Shown piece by piece: positions 13,901-24,411 of a DNA stretch of 36,330 nucleotides. Position 1 is the first letter of the stretch, and the number at the start of each line of letters is the position of its first letter. The stretch is taken from assembly GCA_043228905.1 (NCBI GenBank), contig JBHGNT010000310.1, positions 1 to 36,330 of the forward strand, read 5' to 3'. The DNA comes from Azolla caroliniana. Taxonomy: Eukaryota > Plantae > Polypodiophyta. Position numbers and translations under genes: made by a program. The notes under the pieces were generated by a model. It worked only from the letters and a program-made list of their open reading frames with translations, was not told the origin of the DNA and ran no database searches.

Positions 13901-15019
13901 TAACATGAACATAACCACACCTTGCCTAGGGTATCAATCAATCGCATATCTCCCATAGTATTGACTGAAAATAAGTTCCTAATAAATCTTCCCATCACAA
14001 ATCTCTCATTTTCTGAAGAAACAGTTTTTTTTACCAGCATAAAAACAAATGCTTGCTGCAGAAAGAAAGTTTTCATTAAAGAAACAGTTATTTACTTAAA
14101 CATTATAACACATCCAATGCAAATTCTTTCACTTTCTGAAGAATAAGAGAAAAAGGAGAACATCTCACTGCAGCGCTTTCTTACTTTCTGAAGTAGCAGT
14201 GTTTCTTTTAACTCAAATCATAAACAATGCCAGTGCAAATCCCCTCACTTCTGAAGAACAATGTTATTTCTTTACGAGAGAAAAGAGGACGCTTCATTGC
14301 AAGTTTCTCACTTCCTGAAAAAATCAGTAGTGTTTCCCTTTTTAAAATAGAAGGTAAAAATGCTCATTGCAAATCCTCTGACTTTCGAGGGTCGTTCCTT
14401 TGCAAATCCCTCTCAGTTTCTGAAGAAGGAATTATGGTTCATTTTAACACAATATGTAGACACAACCACAGGAAATCATCTCACTTCCTTAAACAACCAC
14501 TTCCACATCACAAGGGAGGAACGAAAACACTTCCTTACAAATATCTAGCTTCACAAATCCTGTCACTTTTTGACGGACTTTTCATTACAAAACTCTCTAG
14601 GTTTCGGAAGAAGCAATTGTGATTTCTTTTAAACAAAATGTAGACACAAACATTGCAAATCATCTCACTTCGTTAATCAACAACTTTTCTTTCTTTATCG
14701 TTAGAACAGAATGAAAACGTTTCCTAATAAATCTCTAGGCTTTCAATGAAGAAAAACAGTAGTTTTTCCTTTTAATCACAAAACATAGAATAAAGAAAAG
14801 ACACAGCCGCGGACGAACCTTTGCAGCAGCTTTCGGGTCGTCTTCAATTTTCTTGGGACGAGGCTGAGCGGATTGTTGCAAGCTCTGAACGTACTTTTGG
14901 ACGTTCTTGCTCTTATTCTTGTTCTTCAGGCCGAAGGTCTTGTCTTCCACGACTTTCTGCTTCTTGGCCGCATCAGCTTTCGCCTTCTCTTTCGCAGCAG
15001 GGTTAGCCTTGGGAGGCAT
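7903..15019 (-). CDS. CCCH zinc-finger protein of the ZC3H15/DFRP1/Tma46 family (DRG GTPase partner), complete, 368 aa
   Basis: Exons 15019-14819, 13102-13018, 12911-12774, 12689-12601, 11947-11759, 11656-11526, 11421-11295 and 8049-7903 (1107 nt, GT-AG, phases consistent). Motifs: MPPK..., [20 protein letters not shown], finger 1 [19 protein letters not shown], finger 2 [36 protein letters not shown], and an acidic tail ending in TGA at 7903-7905. Confidence 0.94.
8500..9300 (-). mobile_element. Possible highly decayed LINE remnant in the last intron of the CCCH gene
   Basis: GC-richer patch. NWETISKP resembles the LINE 'xW..ICKP..GG' post-RT motif. There is no continuous ORF and the limits are uncertain. 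Confidence 0.3.
11132..11212. repeat. Short intronic direct duplication (~34 bp x 2)
   Basis: cataatggttttgccataaagatcgagtatactg and cataatggttttaccataaagatttagtatactg. Confidence 0.75.
13440..13830 (-). repeat. Three ~150-bp tandem units, each containing a copy of the CCCH exon-1 3' end plus a GT donor
   Basis: Copies at 13792-13764, 13642-13613 and 13496-13467 match the exon-1 end attgaagacgacccgaaagctgctgcaaag|gt. Confidence 0.75.
13960..14780. repeat. Degenerate ~55-65 bp minisatellite filling intron 1 of the CCCH gene
   Basis: The core cattgcaaatc(t/c)ctcac(t)ttctgaagaa...gt..tttc.ttttaa recurs at about 13995, 14115, 14165, 14230, 14295, 14400, 14585 and 14730. Confidence 0.7.
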
Positions 15020-15084
15020 GATGGTCCCGATCCAGGGTCAACAGAATCCCTCCTCTCTGCGGGCCTTTCCTGTTCTGTCTTAAT

Positions 15085-15128
15085 CTTCTTCTTCTTCTTC
15101 TTCTTCTTCTTCCTCCTCCTCCTTCCTT
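15085..15128. repeat. (CTT)n/(CCT)n microsatellite just upstream of the CCCH ATG (probable 5' UTR)
   Basis: Direct reading: cttcttcttcttcttcttcttcttcttcctcctcctcc. Confidence 0.9.
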
Positions 15129-16199
15129 CTGATTCTTCTTCTGATTCTGAGGTCACAAAAATTGAAAGCTTAAGTAATAATATGTAAATATAAACTACAT
15201 AAATACATATGTATATCTACATACATACTGTATTAATTTATTCATTATTTCTCTGTGTCTTCATTTTGTTTTTATTTTTTGATTTAATTAAATATTATTT
15301 GGAGAGGAAATTAGTACCCTTTGAGTTTTGCTTAATCTTCCGGAATGCCCCCCCCGGGCCCGTTATTTCGAGAGATGCCCATCATCAACCGCCCAACTAA
15401 CTACCCACCTTTGCCAATCTAGCAAAAGCAAAGCAAAAATATGTGTCTACTTCTTATGTCGCTCCTTGCACATCTTTACTCATATCACTTTTTTCCCTTA
15501 GCTTCCTACGTGCACATCAATTTATCAAGCTCTCACATCTTTGCTCATATCATGTTCCCTAAGCTTCTAGCCTGCACATCTGTGAATCAAGCTCTGACAT
15601 CTCTCTTTCCTCATCTCCACATGCAGTAGCATCAGTATACATATAGTTAGAAAGCAAGGTGCCTCTCGATTGACATAAGCACCAATTGTACACATGATGG
15701 CCAATGAAAGAGAAGGGTCATTCTTGAGAACTTTTCGATCGACCTCCAAGATAAACAATGATTTGTGTGTGACGATTGTATGGTTGCATAACAAAATGCG
15801 CACTCATCACACAACATGAGAGGATTTGTCGGAAGACAAAAAAATACATGGGGAATGAAGGTCCTCTCATATATAGGAACTTGGGACATAGGGGACTAAT
15901 TTGTGACTTCTTACCATTATGTATTTGGCATTGCAATGGTTGCTTATGGGTATTGACATAGATAAGCTAGAGGCCAGTGCATCAAATAATATATTTCTTG
16001 TTGAAACTTGGGATCGTGATCCTGAAACAATTTGAGGTTTGAACAAATATAATGCTACACACTTTTGATATGGCGGAAGTCGTCAACAACAAAGAGGACA
16101 ATGAGGGGTGGCATGTCTAATTATGAGGGGATTGTTGAAATATCATGTTTCTATAGACAATGACAAGGACCATAACCAAATTGCATTTCCACTTTTGTA

Positions 16200-16620
16200 G
16201 TTGGATTCTACATTCATCATTGTTATTCTAATGGTTAATAATTAGGTAATTAACTTAGGGTTAATTAGTATCTAATTATGTGAGTACTTAATAACGTATG
16301 TGATTAAGCAACGAAAGACTATGTGATATGTGTGTGTGAATGTATGTGTGAGAGAGAGAGAGAGAGAGGAGGTTACACTTACGAACAAAATGGGGGATGA
16401 TTTACAAGAGTATAGTTTAAAGGCCTTTCACTCTATTAATAAGCATCACAATCTACAAAATTACCCACAATGAGGTATATATACATCTCATGTGCAAGAG
16501 TGAACATGTGTGAGGAGAATATAGGTACAACTTACAAGGATGTAAGTCCTATATTAAATTAACTTGGGAGTGTACTACGTTACATAATTGACAAAATAAC
16601 TAAACTTAGTTTAACTTTTA
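16200..16620 (-). mobile_element. Possible decayed LTR remnant containing a (TG)n(AG)n microsatellite (~16328-16368)
   Basis: LTR-like composition (an AG run, ttacaa motifs, TATATATA at ~16476). No clear termini or TSD were seen. Confidence 0.3.
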
Positions 16621-17125
16621 TGTTTATTTAGATAGAGATCATAACCTTTTGAAAATCTCATTGATGACACTGCTTGCTTACTTCAAAGCCAATCGAGAAG
16701 TTAGTCTTTACAAGATCATACACATCAATCTTGCATGTTCCATTTTCCCAAGAATGCAAGAGTACATGCACATATATGGTTGGTCTTTTGTGGATGAAAT
16801 TTATTTGGATAAATATGCAAAGTTACATTTAGAAATTGACAATTGTACACGGATTCTTACTACAAATGGTGTATCTTTACATAAAACATAGTTTTTACAT
16901 GTAGAAAATGCGATGAGAATAGAGTGATTGACTATATCTTATTTTCGAAAGATATTTTGGATAAAATACATATATTTTCCCATGGTCAATGGCCTCCAAA
17001 ATCAAATCATATGAATTATTTATTGATCTCAATCAAGTATATAACGTTGAAACATGGTGCAAACTTGATCATATTAGTGTGTAGGCTTTAAAAGAGCACT
17101 TATGAATGCCAAGATGGTTGAGGAC

Positions 17126-17507
17126 TCAACAGTTTTTCATGGTCTGTTTTTTTCTCCCCAACAGTTTTTACAAATGCTGGAATCAGTTCAGATCTATTTG
17201 CAACTGTTTCTGTTGGGATGGTGAATCTTCTATGATTGAAAAGACGGAGGACATGGAATATCATGTGAAATATAAGTTTTCTATGGAGTTCTGTTCTAAG
17301 AGCCCGAAATTTTGTTTTCTGCAGCAGATCACTGGAATCAATGCTGTGTTTTATGGTTGTTTTTTTTCCCCAACAGTTTTTACAAATGCTAGAATCAGTT
17401 CAGATATACTGGTGGAGATGAAACAATATTATGTACTATTTGTATACTGCCTTCGGGCTTTTTATTAATACCAATGGAGCATATGTTTTATGGTAATAAA
17501 AAAGAAG
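17126..17507 (+). pseudogene. Scrambled, inserted fragment of an MFS sugar-porter gene (plastidic glucose transporter-like), bounded by a 15-bp direct repeat
   Basis: LQQITGINAVFY (the sugar-porter QQxxGINAVFY motif) at ~17318-17353. FFSPTVFTNAGISSDLFATVSVGMVNLL at ~17147-17231 is partly repeated at ~17362-17408. The flanks aagatggttgaggac lie at 17111-17125 and 17508-17522, and the 3' end is A-rich. Confidence 0.75.
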
Positions 17508-18346
17508 AAGATGGTTGAGGACATTCACGAGGCATTGGTTCCATGACACAATTACTTTGAAGAAATTTGTTGTCATCAACCATATACGATCAAGACTAGA
17601 AATGGATTGCTTCTAATGGTCAAAGGCAAGCTATCCTAAATGAGGTACAATATATGTTTTCCTCATTATGTCCCTAGGAAATACATGGTCATAAATGATG
17701 TGGAGGTTGATGTTTCAAATATTACATTACATATATTACACCAAGCTATAGAACCATCTTATTCTTTGAGCAAGGAAACCACATTCATTGAAACATGCTA
17801 AAGCCCATCCAATAGTTTGTTCTCCGCAAATTTCATCCATACAACATAGCTCAAAATTTCCTTGGTGTAAGGCAAGGTGTTGGGCACAAGCGATAAGGAG
17901 ACTTGTCTTTTATACATGTTCTACCCTGAGTAAGCTTGTGAGGTTGAGTTTTCAGAAATTGCACTTTGAAACAAGGTTCCCTCTTTGACTACATTAGAGC
18001 TTGAATTAACAATTGTTTATTATGTATTTCTATGTGTGTAGACACTTAAAATGGGTACATACTACATAATCATTGTGATAGGCACACACAAAAGTACAAA
18101 CATATTATAGGATTTCTACATAATCATAGACATATACATATGCACATATCTTTTTCTTTCTTTCTTTTCCAAAATGAAGCTACTTTCCCATTAGTTAGGA
18201 AGGATTATTACATAGAGAGTCTACAAGGAGACTTATACACACATCGGGGAGTCTTCCTCCGATCAAGTAAAAGAAGATGAGCCTACTTACAATGCCTTGC
18301 AGCCTAACTTAATGTGAGAAGCTACCTATATCTAAGGCGATGCCCT

Positions 18347-19675
18347 TCAATGTTGCTTAGTACGAGTCGGCTCTTGGGGCCTACAACGAAGAGAGGGTGG
18401 CAGGTGAGTAGGAAACAACCAACGTGGGGGCTGGTAGTTCCACCTCGGGCCACTCCCGCCTTGCATCACCATAGGTGTGTTCCGCCATTTCTGCCAAAAG
18501 CGCAAACGGGTAGAGACCACGTCGTTGGAGTGGCTGCAAATCTCTTCCAGTTGCCCTCGTAGGTAGCTGATAATCGCGAACCATATGTCCATGATCACTT
18601 CCTCCGGGGACCGTACCGTACCTTGGAAAACCTTGAGGCAATACGCTTTCCATATATACCACAAGGTGAAACCTACGATCAGCATCCAGATTTTTGGAAA
18701 CCTAGGGGATGCGGGCTGCAATCCTCTTTCGAAACGGATCTTGACGATTTTGCCTCTCGTGCATACATAGCACCAATTCTCCGCATTGACGGTGTCCGTC
18801 CACCCTTCGACCGAGTGATCAATCCATGCCGCAGCGCTCCACGAGGCTATTCCTTCAACTTCACATGCCGCAAGGAGGCGAGTCACTCTATCCCAGACCT
18901 TTTGAACTTGAGGGCAATCCCACAGACAATGTCTCAAAGTCTCAATAGGTCGAGAGCACAGTGGGTAGCCTAACGGGCCGCCACATTTATCTAGCCATTC
19001 GCCAACGGGCACCACATTATGACCGATCTGCCACCAAAAGAGCTTGATCTTTTCAGGCATGTGGAGACGCTAGAGACCCTTCCAAAAGGTAATGAGCGGC
19101 TCATCGGGGATGCCCAATGTTTGCCAGCCATTGCGAAGGGGGCTGCCTAGTTGCAGCTGCAAAGTCCGACCCAATTTAGTGGTGTAATCGAAGAAGTGAT
19201 GGAGTCTATCGTCATGTTTCCATCTAAAATCCCCTGGGTCCCAATCTAGATCGACAAGGGGGCGACATCCATATACCCTTAACCTCCAATGGGGTTCCAC
19301 CTTAGCAACATCTGGGTCTATCTTCTAGATGTTGTCAACCTGTGCCACCACTCGAATTGGGTGCCAAGAGCCCCTGCTCTGACTGTCCCCAAAAACTGTA
19401 TCTCTCCCCGATCTGCTCACACCCTTTAGCGACTTGACCATTCCAACCTCATCAAAGAGACCGAACCATGCATGTTCTCTTGCCTCCCCCATCGGAACCC
19501 TGTCAACTGCCTCAGCTATCAGTCTCTGCATTTTCGTAGCTCCCTTGAGAGGAGGGAAAAGGTCCTCTTGGGCTCTTCCTGAAACAACCATGTGTCTCCG
19601 ATCGTCTATAGATAGGAGGCTTGTTTGTGCCAGATTTCCCCATGCTAGGCCCTTAAGTTGCCCTAGCATCTCTCG
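18347..19675 (-). pseudogene. LINE ORF2 C-terminal region including the zf-RVT zinc-binding domain, disrupted
   Basis: PEKIKLFWWQIGHNVVP...PLCSRPIETLRHCLWDCP..QKVW and LWYIWKA motifs, split among ORFs 19325-19711, 19070-19300 and 18347-19060 by stops and frameshifts. Confidence 0.85.
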
Positions 19676-21386
19676 TGACCTCCTCGCACCTATGCATGCG
19701 AGGCAACACATGGAGCCGGTTGATCAAGTGATGTCTTGCATTCACCCCAAGGTAACCCAGGCGATGGAAGTTGTGCTTGATAGCCCCATCTCTCATTTAG
19801 AACTCTCAGAGGCGCTTAGGGGATTGCGAAGGCATGCCTCGGCCCCGATCGTCTCTCACGAGATTTCTTCGAGATTCATTGGGAATGTGTTATCTCGTCT
19901 TTGGAAGCCGGAGTTCAAGAGATTTGGTCCTCAAGAAAGATGCCAATTGGTTTGGCTGAGGGGATGATATATCTCATCCCCAAAGCGTCAGCGCGAAGCC
20001 TAGAGTTGCGCCAGTGGCGTCCAATCACGATCCTTAACACGGCATACAAGATACTCGCTAAAGTCCTAGCTCGGCGGTTAGCAAGCTTCTTACCGGACAT
20101 CATACATGAAAATCAAACTGGATTTGTCAAGAACAGGTGTATCTTTGATAATGTGTTGCTTCTTTGGGAAGCTATGGCATTGGCCGGCTGCTCCGTATCG
20201 AGCTCGGCTATTCTGATGTTAGACTTCGAGAAGGCCTACGACAGGGTGTTATGGCCCTTTTTGGAAAATGTGATGAGAGCTTTGGGCCTACCTCAAAAAT
20301 GGAGGAATTGCACTTCTGCACTCTATCGGACAACTACAAGTAGCGTGTTGATGGCTGGTTCTAGGGGACCCGCCTTCCAACTACAACGCTCAATGAGGCA
20401 AGGTTATCCCCTAGCCCCATATCTCTATCTCTTTGTAACCGAGGCTTTCTCCGCCTACTTACAAGCGCTAACCAGCGGGCTGCGGGGATTGCCCATCCCC
20501 AATGCGACTGAAGATTTGCTGTTATCTGAATATGCCGACGATACGGTTCTTTTCTTGCAAGGTGATGAGGAGAATTTGCAGCGGGCTGAACATCTTGTCG
20601 GGGACTTTTGTCAGGCGGCCGGTGCCAAGATCAATTGGAATAAAACCCAAGGCCTATGGTTCAACGAACAAGAGAAACCAAGATGGCAACCCCATGCCGA
20701 TTTTATGTGGGTCCCTGATGGGACGACGTTCAAGTACCTTGGATTTACGATGGGGAGGTCAATCCCCAAGGGAGCGCAATTGGCCCACGTACAAGCCAAA
20801 ATAAATAGGAAGTTGACCCAATGGAGTAGATCTAAACTATCCTTCGCTGGTAGGGTCCTTGTTGCGAACCAAGTGTTGCTCGCTACCATGTGGCACTCAG
20901 TCTCCTACTGGATTATGGACCCTGCAGGTCTGCACACGATTAAGGTTGCCATCAGGGGGTTTATATGGTCAGGTAAGGACAACCCAAGGGCTGCTGCCAG
21001 AGTGTCATGGTGTTGGTTAACGCAACCGCGGGCCAAAGGGGGGCTTGGCCTCATAGACCCCTTAATGCAGAGTCGTTCATTGCTAGCTAAAATGGTGGTT
21101 CGCTGCCTCCTGCCAGGTAAGGGGTGCTGGAAGGTACTACTTCGCAACAGGCTGCAAGCAGGGACTCCCAAGTATGGTAGGCCTTGGCCCGACTCCTTGA
21201 ATTGGTGTTGCACGAGCGGAGTCCCACCCAAGCTAGCTTGCCATCCGGAGGACAGGGTTGCGAACTCCATCTTGCGGGCATGGTGCCATCTACGACAACA
21301 TTTGGTCAAGCACACCCCCGGAGACATTGACCGGATGGACTAGACAACCACTATTCTGGAATCCTCACGTGCGAACAAGTGACGAC
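19676..21386 (+). pseudogene. LINE ORF2 reverse transcriptase domain (inverted segment; main open stretch 19901-21343)
   Basis: GPD.L, WRPITILNTAYKILAKVLARRL, NQTGFVKNR, LDFEKAYDRV, RQGYPLAPYL, catalytic YADD, KINWNKT, FKYLG and GGLGL motifs. Frameshifts occur near 19838 and 21340. Confidence 0.93.
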
Positions 21387-21939
21387 ACATATGCACATAT
21401 CTTATTGTGTGGAATACATACATGATATATACTTATACATAAACACATAATTGTAGACACATTTATATGATACAAAAAAGAAGAAATAATTATTCATGAA
21501 AAAATACTATGTGACAAGAAAACTAGAATGATGGGGAATTTCAAATGGATTTACCTTTCTTTTACTAAGCTAGACTTGTTATCTTGACTTTATTTGTGTG
21601 TGATGTTGCACATTTGCTACATTCATAACATGTTATTCAATACTTTTGACTAAAGTTGATACATTGTTTCTCATTACTTTATGCCCAACCCCGCATTAAT
21701 AGGCACTACTTAGTATGCTACCTTCGGCTGGATCTTGCATAAATGTGGTGCAATGTTTCTTTGTCAATTGTCTAAATTATTCTTCTTGTTTGAGGTTGAA
21801 GACTTCTCGTAAAGATTATAATCAATTTAATTAGCATGACGATATGCTTTTCTGAAATAATATACTATATGTTCCTTATGGTCGTTCCCAACTCTGGGTC
21901 TTACAACACTACCATTTCATTCCAATGGTTGAATATTTT

Positions 21940-22540
21940 GGAGTTTGTATGAATTGAAAGTTAGTTTCTCAAAGATATTGGTGGCTCACAACTTCGTAAC
22001 TTCGTTGATGAGTACATTATTCGTTGTGATGCATGTTGTTGGTCAAATGGTTCTCAACCTCGATCAACCCTGGCTAGTTGTCAAGAGTTCATGGAAGTTC
22101 ATCTCTTTGGATTTCATTACTAACCTCCCATCTCCTAAATGTTTTGATGTCATTCTACATTGTATAGTGGATTAGTTCACTAAGATGGAAAATTTTGCTC
22201 CACGTACAGTCAAGAGACAATAATTTTGGTTATGAGCAACATATTTAGGCATCGTGGTCTTTTGGATGACATTCTCAATGATCAAGACTCACTCTTCGTC
22301 AACAATTTGGAAAAAATTACTTGAGCTCCTTTATATTTCTTCCAAACTCTCTTCGAGCTATCGTCCATAGATTGATGGTTAGACTAAATAGACTAATCAA
22401 ACATTTGAAGAAATATCTTTATTTTTTCACCAACTATGATCAATAAGATTATTGGGTTGACATTTTGCACTTTTAGAGTCTGTTAACAATAATTTTGTTC
22501 ATACTTCTACAATATATACTCCCTTCTTTGCCTATATGAA
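21940..22540 (+). mobile_element. Degenerate Ty3/Gypsy integrase remnant
   Basis: SWKFISLDFITNLPSPKCFDVIL..VD*FTKM, then KLSSSYRP*IDG*TK*TNQT, matching the Gypsy integrase SMDFI..LP...VVDRFSKM and STAYHPQTDGQTERxNQ motifs, with many stops. Confidence 0.8.
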
Positions 22541-22559
22541 TTAATCTATAGATTTTGGA

Positions 22560-22830
22560 AATACATGCTATATGGATGGTTGGAACTTAGTGGTTCTATT
22601 GCCACTTAAGCTCAAGTGGCATGACATTCAATTGTTCTTGCCAAACCAGAAAATGGATTGACAACTCTAGACTTTTGCAAATAAGGAGGCTTGAAAGAAT
22701 ATCTCAGTTGTCGTGATATCTCAATGTCTCCCATGGAACAAGGTGGCATCTTATCAGTATCCGATCTCTTTATTCAAGGGCTTTGCTCTACAAAGTTGAA
22801 GTGCCTCAACTGTTTGGATTAATATTATAC
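22560..22830 (+). mobile_element. Possible decayed LINE fragment (post-RT region)
   Basis: Frameshifted CLP-MEQGGILSVSDLFIQG resembles the LINE CLPK..GGLG..DL motif. Confidence 0.35.
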
Positions 22831-24411
22831 ATGCTTAATAAAATGTCGTCAATGTTTTTTGATTAGTTGAGATATGATATTGAGGAAGAAACCCTTGAAA
22901 GATATAGACAAATTAATAGATGTTATTATTATCCTCAAAAGGTCAAATAGGACATATTGAACCATAATTGGAACAATTTTAAATAGTATATATGGAGTTA
23001 TGGTGAATCTTGATTTTCAAATCTTTTAAGAATGGGTATTGGGAGAGATTTAATTATCGTCTTCATAGGTAAAATATGGCCTATGAAGCAAAAAATATAT
23101 CCTTTTCATGTACTACCTGTGAAAACCAATAATGAATCTTGATGTTCAAGAAATTCAGTAGTGAATGTCGCAATTGAGAGTGCACATTGTGACTATGAGA
23201 GAAATTCATGCAAGGATTGGTTTTGGTTGAATATATGTGATTGAATCTGAACTTCAACTACATATCATTATATCAAAGAGTGACACTTCTTGAACTTGTT
23301 TAGGGAAGAATGTGCATAGTCAACTAATCGCTCATCAAATATGGCCAAACGTCTTGTCTCACATCAAAGTGGGTGTGAAGTAAGTTGTATGGAAGCAATG
23401 GTTTGAATGCTAAACAACAAGATGGGCTCTAACATGAACATGGTTTTGAAGTTAGGTCCAACAAATGTAATATAATGTAGTTGTATTCAACAAAGGGTGT
23501 ATCGAAAATTGGCAAGGGTGACATGTTTCTTAGAGGATTAAAGGTCATTTCTAGAATCTACGTCGTGTAACCAAATTATACAATTTCTAGACTCTATACT
23601 ATGAATCTCCAAACATGAAAGTGTTTTTGACAATATTCTTTCATTAGTTCAATCATCCTTGTCAAATTGCCATAAAGGGTAACCATTACAGCTCTTTAGT
23701 GACAATCACAATGGCGTTACAACTTTGACATTGCCACATTTTCCAAAACAGAAACACCAGAAATGATGACATTAATATCTTTTTTTCTTTCTTCAGTTTA
23801 TATATCTTTGCCATATTTTCGTAAAGTAGTCTAACCATGGACCCCACCCCATCGTGTCCAATTTAACATAACCAACTTGCACAGGCACAAAGCCAAGCTA
23901 TACTACTAAGAACTCAGAGACTGCATAACTTTTCTATGGAAGTATGTCTATTTCATAAAGAACTACCTTATTCAATGACAATAACCATGTAATCATTCGA
24001 TCTTGATCTTCCACATGAGCTATGATAATGTACAGATTAAGGATAAGCTTTGCATTGTAGGCCTTATCATCATACACGCTGATCTTTGATATGATCCACG
24101 ATTATGATTCAACCTCCGCTTTTAACATAGCCCTTACATTATATATGGTGAGCATGTGACCTATGAAAATGCATGCATCCAACCTCAGTTTTAAATGACA
24201 TGTTATGATATTCTTACAACAGAAAATGAGCTATTGTTGGCATCAGAATCTCATCCAGAATAGCGGCTTTATTTCTCTTATATCCATCTACTGCGTTTAT
24301 TTCACTCCTTTGGACTATCTCTTGGTTTAAACTTTGATATATAAACCACGTCTTCAATTAGAAGACGTGCTCATGAACAACTACCATTTCAGCTCAATCT
24401 TTTTGAGCTTT

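Larger units (their letters stand above)
18153..21386 (-). mobile_element. L1-clade non-LTR retrotransposon (LINE), 5'-truncated with an inverted 5' segment; 17-bp TSD
   Basis: TSD acatatgcacatatctt at 18136-18152 and 21387-21403. The T-rich tail at ~18151-18168 is poly(A) on the minus strand. The ORF2 C-terminal part is on the minus strand (~19675-18347) and the RT part is on the plus strand (~19676-21386). Confidence 0.92.

Noticed and set aside
14227-14622. 131-aa plus-strand ORF
   Set aside because: It lies in the intronic minisatellite and has no recognisable domain.
14873-15187. Plus-strand ORFs and the Lys-rich minus ORF 14926-15156 around CCCH exon 1
   Set aside because: These are antisense or off-frame shadows of exon 1 and the (CTT)n repeat.
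18314-21327. Many overlapping alternative-frame ORFs within the LINE
   Set aside because: These are expected by-products of GC-rich ORF2 sequence.
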